A DNA stretch of 64,000 nucleotides, from NCBI GenBank assembly GCA_020425315.1, contig JAGQRO010000093.1, forward strand, positions 5,554 to 69,553. The letters are read 5' to 3'. Made by a program: the position numbers and the translations under genes. Shown here in pieces: positions 34,127 through 43,041 of the stretch (positions are counted from its first letter, which is position 1; each line of letters starts with the position of its first letter). The stretch comes from Hyphomonas sp. Its GTDB lineage: Bacteria; Pseudomonadota; Alphaproteobacteria; Caulobacterales; Hyphomonadaceae. The notes under the pieces were generated by a model. It was not told where the DNA came from. It did no database searches and was given only the letters and a program-made list of their open reading frames with translations.

Positions 34127-36532
34127 GTGTCACAGTCTTCACACTGGAAATACGCGCTGCTGCTGTCCGCATCATTTGCCATGATGCCCCTGGCCCTGGC
34201 CCAGGAAGCGGGCGAGGACGCCGATGAACAGGAAACCTCGCGGGCGCTGCCCACCGTCACTGTCACCGCACAGCGCACGGAGGAATCGCTCCAGAGCGTG
34301 CCGATCGCCATTACTGCCGTCGGCGGCGAGCAGATGCAGGACCTCGGCATCACCAATGTCGACGATCTCGCGCTGCACTCGCCGGGCGTGAACATCAAGA
34401 CCGATTTTGGCGCGGCCAATCCCAACATCTTCATCCGCGGGGTGGGCATCAGCGACTTCAACGCGAATGTCACCGGCGCGGTCGGCGTCTATATCGACGA
34501 AGTCTACACGGCTTCACCGGCAGCCCAGCTGTTCCAGTTCTTCGATGCCGAGCGTGTTGAAATTCTGCGCGGCCCGCAAGGCACGCTGTATGGTCGCAAT
34601 ACGACGGCCGGAGCACTGAACTTTGTCTCCCGCAAACCGACCGACGAGATTTCGGCCAATCTCTATGCGGAATATGGAAACTACAATGCCCTGACCGTGG
34701 AAGGCGGAATCGGCGGTCCGATTGCTGGTGACAAGCTGAAAGGCCGGATCTCGGGTATTCTTGCCCAGCGGGACGGAACGCTCGACAACACTTACCAAGG
34801 TGGACAGGCCCCGAGCGAATTGAATGACCGGAGCAGCTGGGGCCTGCGCGGGCAACTCGAATTCACGCCGTCAGAGACGGTGAATTTCCTTGGTTCGCTC
34901 TACACAGGTTCCAGCGACGCCTCCGCGCTCCAATCGCAGCATCGCGGCCTGCTCGACCCGGTGACATTCGCACTCTGCATGCCCGTTCCGACCCAGAGCG
35001 GCATTTGCATCGACCCGCTCGGCTATACCGACGCGGACGGCGATTCTTTCAAAGGACAGTATGATGCGCCCTCCAAGGAAACCATCGACTTCTGGGGCGC
35101 AACGCTCAAGGCGGATATTGACCTGGGTGATTATACATTGACCAGCGTCACCGCCTATCAGGATGTCGACCGGCACACGATCTTTGACGGCGACCAGTCT
35201 CCGAACAGCTTCCTCGTTCCAATCCATGATCCTGAAAGCAATCAGTTCAGTGAGGAAATCCGTCTGGTTTCACCTACAGACAAACGGTTCCGCTGGATCG
35301 CCGGCGCTTTCTATTTCGAAGAAGACTTGAACTTCAACGGCTCGTTCGATCTCTTCCGGACAGTCCGTCCGGCCATCGAAGCGGCAGCAGCCGGCCTCAC
35401 GCCGGACCAATTGGCCATGTCGCCCGGCGGCTTTGTGAACGGCTACAATCCGCTCGGCGGCGCTGACCTCGCCACCGCTCTGGGCAATCCGATCTTCGCC
35501 TTTCCGTCACAGGTCGTCGAATATGGTTATGACCAGACTGTCGAAACCTGGGCCCTTTTCGGCCAGTCCTACCTGGACCTTACCGATGACCTGACCCTGA
35601 CACTCGGCCTGCGCTATTCCGAGGAAGACCGGACCTTCGATTCTTTTTCCCAGACAGTGGAGCGACCGGCCGACATCATCATTCCGCTTGTCCAGACAAG
35701 TGCCGCTCTCGGAAACAATGAAACCTCGTTCGATGACCTGTCCTACCGCGCTGCGCTCGAATGGCAGGCTACGGACGATATCTTCCTCTATGGCAGCATC
35801 AGCCAGGCCAGCAAATCGGGCGGCTTCAATGGCGCTGTCCTGCTGGCCCAGGCTCAGGCTACGCCCTTCGACGACGAAACGCTGACCGCCTATGAAGCAG
35901 GCATCAAGTCCGACCTTCTGGACGGAACCCTCCGGCTTAATGCAACGGCGTTCTACTACGATTATGAAGACCTGCAGGTCTATATTCTGGTCAATTCCGG
36001 CGGCCTGCCCCAACAGGTGCTGACAAATGCCGCAGCGGCCGAAGTTTCGGGCATCGAACTCGAAGCGCTCGCGCAACCAATCGACAATCTCCAGCTTAGC
36101 CTGGGCGTTGCCCTTCTGGACAGCGAGTTCAAGGATTTCGAGGTTCCGGCCAGTGTTGGTATCGCCCTGCAGGATTTCACGGGAAACTCCCTGCCCTATT
36201 CTCCGGAAGTCTCGATCAATGCGGCGGCGAACTATCGAATTGACCTGTCAAATGGCGGTGAGATTCGGCTCGGCGGTGACCTCGCATACCAGGACAGGGC
36301 CTTCGTCGACCCGGGCAACACCCCGCGTCTGGCCACGGATGATTACACTCTGCTCGGCCTGCACGCGACCTACCGGCCCCCGGCTTCCAATTGGGAGTTC
36401 GGCATCTGGGGCCGCAATGTCACCGATGAGGAATATGTGGCCTATACGGTCGACCTGTCCGACTTCGGCGTTGACTATGTCCAGTTTGGTGACCCCGCCA
36501 CATATGGCGTCAGTCTGCGCTTCAACTATTGA
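34127..36532 (+). CDS. TonB-dependent receptor
   Basis: Signal peptide, VTVTAQR.EE, VEILRGPQGTLYGRN, RNVTDEEY, C-terminal FNY. Confidence 0.94.
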   Translation: MSQSSHWKYALLLSASFAMMPLALAQEAGEDADEQETSRALPTVTVTAQRTEESLQSVPIAITAVGGEQMQDLGITNVDDLALHSPGVNIKTDFGAANPNIFIRGVGISDFNANVTGAVGVYIDEVYTASPAAQLFQFFDAERVEILRGPQGTLYGRNTTAGALNFVSRKPTDEISANLYAEYGNYNALTVEGGIGGPIAGDKLKGRISGILAQRDGTLDNTYQGGQAPSELNDRSSWGLRGQLEFTPSETVNFLGSLYTGSSDASALQSQHRGLLDPVTFALCMPVPTQSGICIDPLGYTDADGDSFKGQYDAPSKETIDFWGATLKADIDLGDYTLTSVTAYQDVDRHTIFDGDQSPNSFLVPIHDPESNQFSEEIRLVSPTDKRFRWIAGAFYFEEDLNFNGSFDLFRTVRPAIEAAAAGLTPDQLAMSPGGFVNGYNPLGGADLATALGNPIFAFPSQVVEYGYDQTVETWALFGQSYLDLTDDLTLTLGLRYSEEDRTFDSFSQTVERPADIIIPLVQTSAALGNNETSFDDLSYRAALEWQATDDIFLYGSISQASKSGGFNGAVLLAQAQATPFDDETLTAYEAGIKSDLLDGTLRLNATAFYYDYEDLQVYILVNSGGLPQQVLTNAAAAEVSGIELEALAQPIDNLQLSLGVALLDSEFKDFEVPASVGIALQDFTGNSLPYSPEVSINAAANYRIDLSNGGEIRLGGDLAYQDRAFVDPGNTPRLATDDYTLLGLHATYRPPASNWEFGIWGRNVTDEEYVAYTVDLSDFGVDYVQFGDPATYGVSLRFNY

Positions 36533-36568
36533 TCAAGGCCGTCTCCTCCCAGGAAGTCTTGATGAAGA

Positions 36569-36598
36569 GAGCCGCGCTCCCTTGCGGGGGTGCGGCTC
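36569..36598 (+). terminator. Stem-loop after the TBDR (terminator or transcript stabiliser)
   Basis: GAGCCGCGCTCCC-TTGC-GGGGGTGCGGCTC with G-U pairs; no U-tract. Confidence 0.5.
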
Positions 36599-36664
36599 AA
36601 TTCCGCCAGACAAATACAAACACCACGGCACAGAACGCAAAATGCGGCGTGAAAGGAAGCAACA

Positions 36665-37171
36665 GTGAACATCCTGCCACAGGGACTCATCGTTGGAACA
36701 ATGGCTGCATTTGCAGTGCTTATCTGCAAAGCTCTGGGGCTTTACTCCTGGGTCCTGTTTCTGTCCTGGGTCGCCTATTTTGTTCTTGGACAAACCATTC
36801 AGGACGGCTTCCTATCCTGGATTCAAATTTTGATGGGGATGACGATTGGGACTGGACTGGTATTGTCCAGTTCTGCTCTCGAACCCTATTTCGGGCAATG
36901 GGCGTTGGTTGCGCTTGTCTTCGTTGTAGCCACCAGCCTGACATTTCTGGAACGGCGGAAGCCATTCGATAATGTGCCTGCTTACTATGTCGGGATGATC
37001 ATGCTTTTCGCGAGCGGCCTGCCACCGAGCGTTGCCACTTTCTTCGACCTCGTAGTCCCGGTCACTATAGGCTTGTCGTTAGGTTGGGCGACTGTGACAT
37101 TGCGTGCGAAAGTGTCGTCCGGAAACTCAGCAACCGCCCATAAACGAGATGCCATCGAACGGGTGGAATAG
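36665..37171 (+). CDS. Small membrane protein, DUF1097-like
   Basis: WVLFLSWVAYF, VPAYYVG...LFA, G..LGW; very hydrophobic, 168 aa, GTG start. Confidence 0.7.
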   Translation: MNILPQGLIVGTMAAFAVLICKALGLYSWVLFLSWVAYFVLGQTIQDGFLSWIQILMGMTIGTGLVLSSSALEPYFGQWALVALVFVVATSLTFLERRKPFDNVPAYYVGMIMLFASGLPPSVATFFDLVVPVTIGLSLGWATVTLRAKVSSGNSATAHKRDAIERVE

Positions 37172-37345
37172 CCTGCAAGACGCTTGCGGTGCTGTTGGTC
37201 AGGTTCTCACCTGACATGTGAGCACAGCTGACCCGCTTTCCGGACGAACGGATCTCAATCCGCGATATGGCGATTGGGTCGCTTTCCGACGTCAGACGCC
37301 AGAATTGGTGGCCCCAAAGGCGACCCATCTAACGATATCCTTCAG

Positions 37346-38644
37346 CTACTTTGGTCCTCGCAGGCTAAGGCCGCAATTGAACAAGGCGACGACTTCATCC
37401 GCGATCCCGTACGGAGATGGCGCTTCGATATCGCCGATCCATTTCGGGATCCAGAGATAAGCCCCGGCCCGTGAGAGCGTCACGGCCCGGTAATCATGGT
37501 GCCGTCGGCTGCCGTCGAGTATCCCCTCCTCGGCAAACTTCTCCGTGCGGCCCAGCAATTCGCGCAACCGCTTTCGCGCCCGTTTCTGGGATGCGGGCGA
37601 GAGGGCATCGAGTCCCATCCAGCCCGCTAGCGGCTGAAGCGAACCAACCATCGCCTGCGTGTTGAGGTGCGAAACGATTGCGGCCTTCTCCAGCCCGTTG
37701 CGGCCGTGTGCATCGGCATAGTCGATGAAGGCGTTGTACAATTCGTAACTCCGCTCCAGACATCTCTGCACGAGATCTTCGCGGTCGCTGAAATAATGAT
37801 AGACTGTGCCCCGCGTCGCACCCAATGCGTTTGCGACATCCTCCAGCGAAACATTGACGACACCATGCCGGTTGACCAGCTGCGAGCCCTTCATGAGGAT
37901 CTGCTCGATCTTCAGGTCCGAAATGCTCTGATCGCCGAACCCGGAAACGGAAATCCTTGAAAACTCATCGACATTCTTGTGGAAGCGGAATTCCGGGCAC
38001 GGCCGGGCCGCAGACCCATACGCAATAAAGTCGACCAGTGCCTCAATGTTCCGGGCATCGGCTTTTCGGGTGACCCAGCGGTGCGACATCCGGGAGAAGG
38101 CCGCAATCGAGGGCAGAATCCGCGCGATGATCTGTTCGTCACACGGCCGGATATTGCCCGCATCGATCCCATCTCCGATCATGGCGGCCAGCCGGTCGTA
38201 ATTGCGCTTGCGGGCCTTGTGGATGATCTCCCTGGATCCCTCACTGAGCAGGTCAGTGTCGGTGATCAGCGCGGTTTCGTCCGCCTCGGGCGCCAGGATC
38301 AGGCGCATGAATTCCAGCACCTGGGGCAAGCCCTTGCCGGCTTCGCTGGCAGCATCCAGCTTTTCAGTCTCCGCCTCGCAACTGCGCTGGAAACAGCGGA
38401 AGACAAGATCCTCTCGGTCCGCCACATAATGATAGAATGTGGCGCGGCCGACGCCCATACGTCTTGCCAAATCGCCGAAGCCCACGGCTCCGACCCCCTG
38501 ATCGTTGAACATCCGCGCAGCTTCGCGAAGGATCGCTTCCTGTTTGGAAACCTTCCGGCGGGCACTCCCCGTCCCCTCCGGCTTCGCCGCGATGCCGGGC
38601 GCGCCTTCATCCCTGACGACGCTCAATCTGGGTTTCTTTTCCAT
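37346..38644 (-). CDS. Tandem (double-domain) TetR family regulator
   Basis: Two HTHs: AILREAARMFNDQG....DLA..MGVGRATFYHYVADREDL and QILMKG...NRHG..NVSLEDVANALGATRGTVYHYFSDREDL. Confidence 0.88.
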   Translation of the reverse strand: MEKKPRLSVVRDEGAPGIAAKPEGTGSARRKVSKQEAILREAARMFNDQGVGAVGFGDLARRMGVGRATFYHYVADREDLVFRCFQRSCEAETEKLDAASEAGKGLPQVLEFMRLILAPEADETALITDTDLLSEGSREIIHKARKRNYDRLAAMIGDGIDAGNIRPCDEQIIARILPSIAAFSRMSHRWVTRKADARNIEALVDFIAYGSAARPCPEFRFHKNVDEFSRISVSGFGDQSISDLKIEQILMKGSQLVNRHGVVNVSLEDVANALGATRGTVYHYFSDREDLVQRCLERSYELYNAFIDYADAHGRNGLEKAAIVSHLNTQAMVGSLQPLAGWMGLDALSPASQKRARKRLRELLGRTEKFAEEGILDGSRRHHDYRAVTLSRAGAYLWIPKWIGDIEAPSPYGIADEVVALFNCGLSLRGPK

Positions 38645-38762
38645 GCCGGTTCCGGACGCCTCGATTCTCAATTGGGCATTGCAGCAATACGCCGCTGGCG
38701 CCCGCCGGGGCAAGCTCGACCTGCCCCTGTGAAGCCCGATCCGACCTGCAACAAGCACTCTA

Positions 38763-38862
38763 CGACATTTTCGTCTAATTCATATTTTTTCATACGCAAG
38801 TGTCGAATCCATTGACAAACCTATTTCGACTTTTTCATATCTATACATACACAAGTGTCGAA
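38763..38862. promoter_or_regulatory. Repeated operator array overlapping a sigma70-type promoter of the TBDR
   Basis: CATAC[G/A]CAAGTGTCGAA at 38791-38807 and 38846-38862; degenerate inverted copies at 38763 and 38827; TTGACA at 38812-38817. Confidence 0.65.
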
Positions 38863-38906
38863 AACGACAGGCCGGGGATAGCACCCGGCCGACCTGGGAG
38901 GAAAAA

Positions 38907-41309
38907 ATGTCGAAATTTTCAAGCTGTATCGTCTATGGCGTCGCCGCGATTGCCCTGCTCGCTCCGGACAGTTTGGCACAAACCAACGCTGAAGCCGCCG
39001 GCAGTGTTGAGCAGAATGCCGACGGCCAGCAGGAAGATTCCGTCGCCACGATGAACAAGATCGTCGTCACGGCTCGGAAACGCGACGAACTGATCGAAGA
39101 TGTGCCAACAGCGATCTCTGCCTTTGGAAAGGATGAGATCGCCCGCCTGAACCTTGTCAGCATCGACGATCTTTCCAGCTTCACGCCAGGCCTTCAGTCG
39201 GCGGAGAGTTCCGTCTCGTCGGGTGGGTCCATCTCCCTGCGCGGCGTGGGGTCCGGATCATCGAACTATCTGGGCGACCAGGCTGTCTCCATCAATGTCG
39301 ATGGCATGCAGATCGGCACGCTCAATATCAGAAAATCAGCGCAGATCGACCTTGCCCAGATCGAGGTGCTGCGTGGCCCGCAGGCCCTGTTCTTCGGCAA
39401 GAACAGCCCCGGCGGCGTCATTTCGATGAAAACGGCCGACCCGACCGAGGACCACCTTGTCGAACTCGAAACCGGTTATGAGACGGTCTCGCAGGACAGC
39501 TATTATCAGGCGCTGTATTCCGGGCCGATTTCCGACAAAGTGGGGGTACGGCTCGTAGCGCGATACTCCGATCTCAATGGCTATTTCAATATCAAGAACG
39601 TACCGACAAACGGTGACCCGCTGATTACGACGGCCCCCATCGACAACTGGCCATATGGCGAAGAATTCTTCGCCCGCGCCACAATCGTCGCCGAACCGAC
39701 CGACCAACTCCGCATCAAGGGCAAACTCACCTACAATGAATCCAAGATCGAGGGCGGCTCAATCCTTGCGCAGCAGCGCATCCTGTGCCCCCTCGGCGCG
39801 CCCCAGTTGCAGCCGGACTTCCCTTGCAAGGCTGACCGCGACATCTATGTGGGCAATGGACGCCCGGAAGACGTTGCCCTGGCGGCTGGCGCACCGGGAA
39901 CGAACGGAATCGGGTTCAGGAACAACCAGCAGATTTTGGGAACTCTGCAGGCGGACTACAAAATCACACCCGACCTGACGGCAACATCCGTGACCGGTTA
40001 CTACCTTTTCGATGAGGTCAACGCACATGATGCGTCCATCGGCCCGCGGGCCATATTGCTGGTTCCCTACCTGCCCTTCGAAATGAACCAGTTTACCCAG
40101 GAAGTCCGCCTCGCCTCGGACTGGGACCGTCCGGTCAACTTCACCATCGGGGCCTTCTATGAGCAGCGCGATACCTACGGGTCTCAGGATGCGGTCATCA
40201 CCGCATTTCCGCCGGCGCCCTTCGCCATCGGCCAGGAACAGACATTCCAGGATCAGGAAGCCTTCTCCGTCTTCGCCCAGCTTATCTGGGATGTCACGGA
40301 CCGGCTCGAAATCTCCGGCGGCGCGCGCTATTCGGAAGAAGAAAAGGACCTGCGCTTCTTCCACCGGGGCATGGACGTCACGGCTAATCTCGTGACCGAC
40401 AGCCTGTCCTTTGACAATGTCTCCCCCGAACTCACCGTCTCCTATGACTTGACGGATGACATCATGGTCTTCGGTTCGTACAAGGAAGGGTTCAAATCCG
40501 GCGGTTTTGACGGCGGATTCACGAATGGCGCGATAGCCGCCGGCAATTTCGCCAACACGTTCGATGAAGAGACCGTGACCGGCTTCGAAGGCGGCATGAA
40601 GGCAACTCTCTTCGACCAGCTCGTCCTGAACCTAACGGCCTATGATTACGATTATGAAGACCTGCAGGTCGGCGCGTTCGATCCGGACTCGATCTCCTTC
40701 AAGGTGCTGAATGCTGCCGCGGCCAGGGTGAAAGGTGTGGAAGCCGACTTCAACTGGCGTACGCCCGCCGAAGGCCTCTGGCTGCGAGGCTCTCTCGCTC
40801 TCAACGATGCCAAGTTCGAGGACTTCCTGTCCGGCTGCTATCTCGGCCAGACCCCGGCACTCGGCTGCAACATCAACTTGAATACGACCACTGGCGCCTA
40901 CCTGCAGCAGGATCTTTCGGGCCGACGCATCAACAACGCCCCCGAAGTCGCGGCAACCGCCGGCGTCCTTTATACTCGCGACCTGGCAAACGGGCTGGGT
41001 ATGGATCTGTCGTTCGATGCGACCTATTCCAGCGACTATTATGCAAACCTGCGCCAGTCACCGCTGGATATCCAGGACGATTACACGAAGCTCAATGCGT
41101 CGCTTCGCTTGTTCAGCCGGGACGACCGCTGGGAATTCTCCTTGGTCGGCAGGAACCTGACGGACGAGTACACGTTCAACGCATCGGCTCCTATCACGCT
41201 CACCGGTGGCGGTAGCGGAATCGATACGGCCGTCCAGGGTGACCGTAGTGCCGTTGTGTCTAAGGGACGGGAAGTATTCCTGAAACTGACCTACCGGCCG
41301 GTCCGCTAG
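38907..41309 (+). CDS. TonB-dependent receptor
   Basis: IVVTARKRDE, IEVLRGPQALFFGKN, GFKSGGF, RNLTDEY. Confidence 0.93.
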   Translation: MSKFSSCIVYGVAAIALLAPDSLAQTNAEAAGSVEQNADGQQEDSVATMNKIVVTARKRDELIEDVPTAISAFGKDEIARLNLVSIDDLSSFTPGLQSAESSVSSGGSISLRGVGSGSSNYLGDQAVSINVDGMQIGTLNIRKSAQIDLAQIEVLRGPQALFFGKNSPGGVISMKTADPTEDHLVELETGYETVSQDSYYQALYSGPISDKVGVRLVARYSDLNGYFNIKNVPTNGDPLITTAPIDNWPYGEEFFARATIVAEPTDQLRIKGKLTYNESKIEGGSILAQQRILCPLGAPQLQPDFPCKADRDIYVGNGRPEDVALAAGAPGTNGIGFRNNQQILGTLQADYKITPDLTATSVTGYYLFDEVNAHDASIGPRAILLVPYLPFEMNQFTQEVRLASDWDRPVNFTIGAFYEQRDTYGSQDAVITAFPPAPFAIGQEQTFQDQEAFSVFAQLIWDVTDRLEISGGARYSEEEKDLRFFHRGMDVTANLVTDSLSFDNVSPELTVSYDLTDDIMVFGSYKEGFKSGGFDGGFTNGAIAAGNFANTFDEETVTGFEGGMKATLFDQLVLNLTAYDYDYEDLQVGAFDPDSISFKVLNAAAARVKGVEADFNWRTPAEGLWLRGSLALNDAKFEDFLSGCYLGQTPALGCNINLNTTTGAYLQQDLSGRRINNAPEVAATAGVLYTRDLANGLGMDLSFDATYSSDYYANLRQSPLDIQDDYTKLNASLRLFSRDDRWEFSLVGRNLTDEYTFNASAPITLTGGGSGIDTAVQGDRSAVVSKGREVFLKLTYRPVR

Positions 41310-41398
41310 GAAATCACCTGTCTCCGGGCGCCCGCGCATTTCTGGTTCCTCCCCACGCGCCGGCGCCATTCTTATCCCCGGGGGAACCGGAGCATATC

Positions 41399-42706
41399 AT
41401 GGTCTTCAATCGCCTTCTTTCCTATTGGCACAGGGCCGTCGCCGCTGCGGGCGCGGCCGCCTTGTCATCTTGCATCACGGCCGAAACCGCCTCCTCGTCC
41501 CGAAGTGAGCAGGACGGGCTTTCCGGCGCAGTCTCCTCAGCCATAGACCGGGCGGTAGACGACCAGATCCGGGACGGCGAAATCCCCGGAGCCCTTGTCA
41601 TGATCGCCAGGGGCGGAGACACGGCTTATTACAGGGCCAACGGCTTCGCGGATATCGAAAACAATGTTCCGATCGCCCGGGACACAATTTTCCGCTTCTA
41701 TTCCATGACCAAACCCATCACCTGCGCAACCGTCATGACCCTCTATGACGACGGCCTGATCGGGCTCGATGATCCGATCAAGGACTACCTGCCGGAACTT
41801 TCCAGTATGAAAGTGAGAACTGCTGACGGCGTTGTGCCGGCCACAAAGGATATCACGATCCGCAATCTGATGACGCATACGTCCGGCTTCAGCTACGCGG
41901 TACTGCCCGGGGCGGTGCAACAGGACTATATCGATGCCGACGTCTTCGCGATTCAGAATCGCTTGTCGGAATCCCTGGAGGATCACGTCAAACGCCTTGC
42001 CGGCCTGCCGCTGGTCGCTGAGCCCGGCACGATCTGGAATTATGGAGAATCCATGGGCGTGCTCGGACGGCTGGTCGAAGTCGTGTCCGGAAGCTCGTTT
42101 CGCGACTACATGAAAGAGCGCGTTCTCACCCCCCTCTCAATGGATGATACAGACTTTTTCGTGCCCTCCACCAAGCGCAACCGCCTGGCCGCCCTCTACC
42201 ATATGGACCACGAACGAACCCTGACGAATGCGAACGATGACGACCTCTATGGCGGCAGCTATCTGGAGAAGCCCAGGCTCGAATATGGTGGTGCTGGCCT
42301 CGTCGGCACGGCAGATGATTATATGAAGTTCGCGCAGATGCTGCTTCAGAAAGGACAAGCCGGGAACCGGAGGATTCTCAGCGCGGAAGCCGTCCGCCTG
42401 ATGACGACAAATCAGCTCGACGACTCCTATGGCGCGGCCCCCCTTGCCGCGTCAGGCCGCGGACCAGGTGTCGGGTTCGGATTTTGCGGTCTCGTCAATG
42501 TCGAATCCCAGGGTGATGGCGCGCCGGGTGCCGCAGGCGAATACGGCTGGAGTGGCTGGGCGAGCACCAATTTCTGGATTGACCCGCAGAACGATCTTGC
42601 TGCGCTTGTATTTACGCAAGTTATTCCCGACGACATCGGCTCGGTCGCGCTCGGCAACAATATCAGGAAAGCGCTGTATGCAGATGAATCGAATTTGCAG
42701 AAGTGA
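41399..42706 (+). CDS. Serine hydrolase, beta-lactamase/family VIII esterase fold, probable lipoprotein
   Basis: YSMTKP (SxxK), LMTHTSG, WNYG, YGWSG..ST.FWIDP; lipobox-like LSSC. Confidence 0.88.
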   Translation: MVFNRLLSYWHRAVAAAGAAALSSCITAETASSSRSEQDGLSGAVSSAIDRAVDDQIRDGEIPGALVMIARGGDTAYYRANGFADIENNVPIARDTIFRFYSMTKPITCATVMTLYDDGLIGLDDPIKDYLPELSSMKVRTADGVVPATKDITIRNLMTHTSGFSYAVLPGAVQQDYIDADVFAIQNRLSESLEDHVKRLAGLPLVAEPGTIWNYGESMGVLGRLVEVVSGSSFRDYMKERVLTPLSMDDTDFFVPSTKRNRLAALYHMDHERTLTNANDDDLYGGSYLEKPRLEYGGAGLVGTADDYMKFAQMLLQKGQAGNRRILSAEAVRLMTTNQLDDSYGAAPLAASGRGPGVGFGFCGLVNVESQGDGAPGAAGEYGWSGWASTNFWIDPQNDLAALVFTQVIPDDIGSVALGNNIRKALYADESNLQK

Positions 42707-43041
42707 GCAGACTCCCTCGCTTCGAAGAGATGAATACGGTGGCGGAAATTGCAGATCTACCGTGACCACACTTGGTGCATATTCCGGCGCTGAAAAAAAG
42801 AAAGTCGGGACATTGTCAAAGCTTGTATCTTGGCAACTCCACGCCGCACCAACATCGCAAATCGAGCGCTCGGCCTGATGCAGCTGCGGTGCAAAGTGAG
42901 TGGCGATCAGAATACGGTGGCGACCAGGCAAGCGTTACACCCGTCACACAATTGCTCAATATGAGAATTTAAGGCATTTAAATTATTCAGTCTTGGATAT
43001 ATAGTGGCTCGTACTGAGAGAGATTCTGATACGGAAAAGCC

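Noticed and set aside
38791-38862. CRISPR mini-array
   Set aside because: Only two 17-bp copies, no cas genes, located in a promoter
41399-42706. Beta-lactam resistance gene
   Set aside because: Motifs fit family VIII esterase-like serine hydrolases (no KTG triad); context is catabolic
42967-42985. CtrA box
   Set aside because: TTAA half-sites are 5 nt apart, not 7
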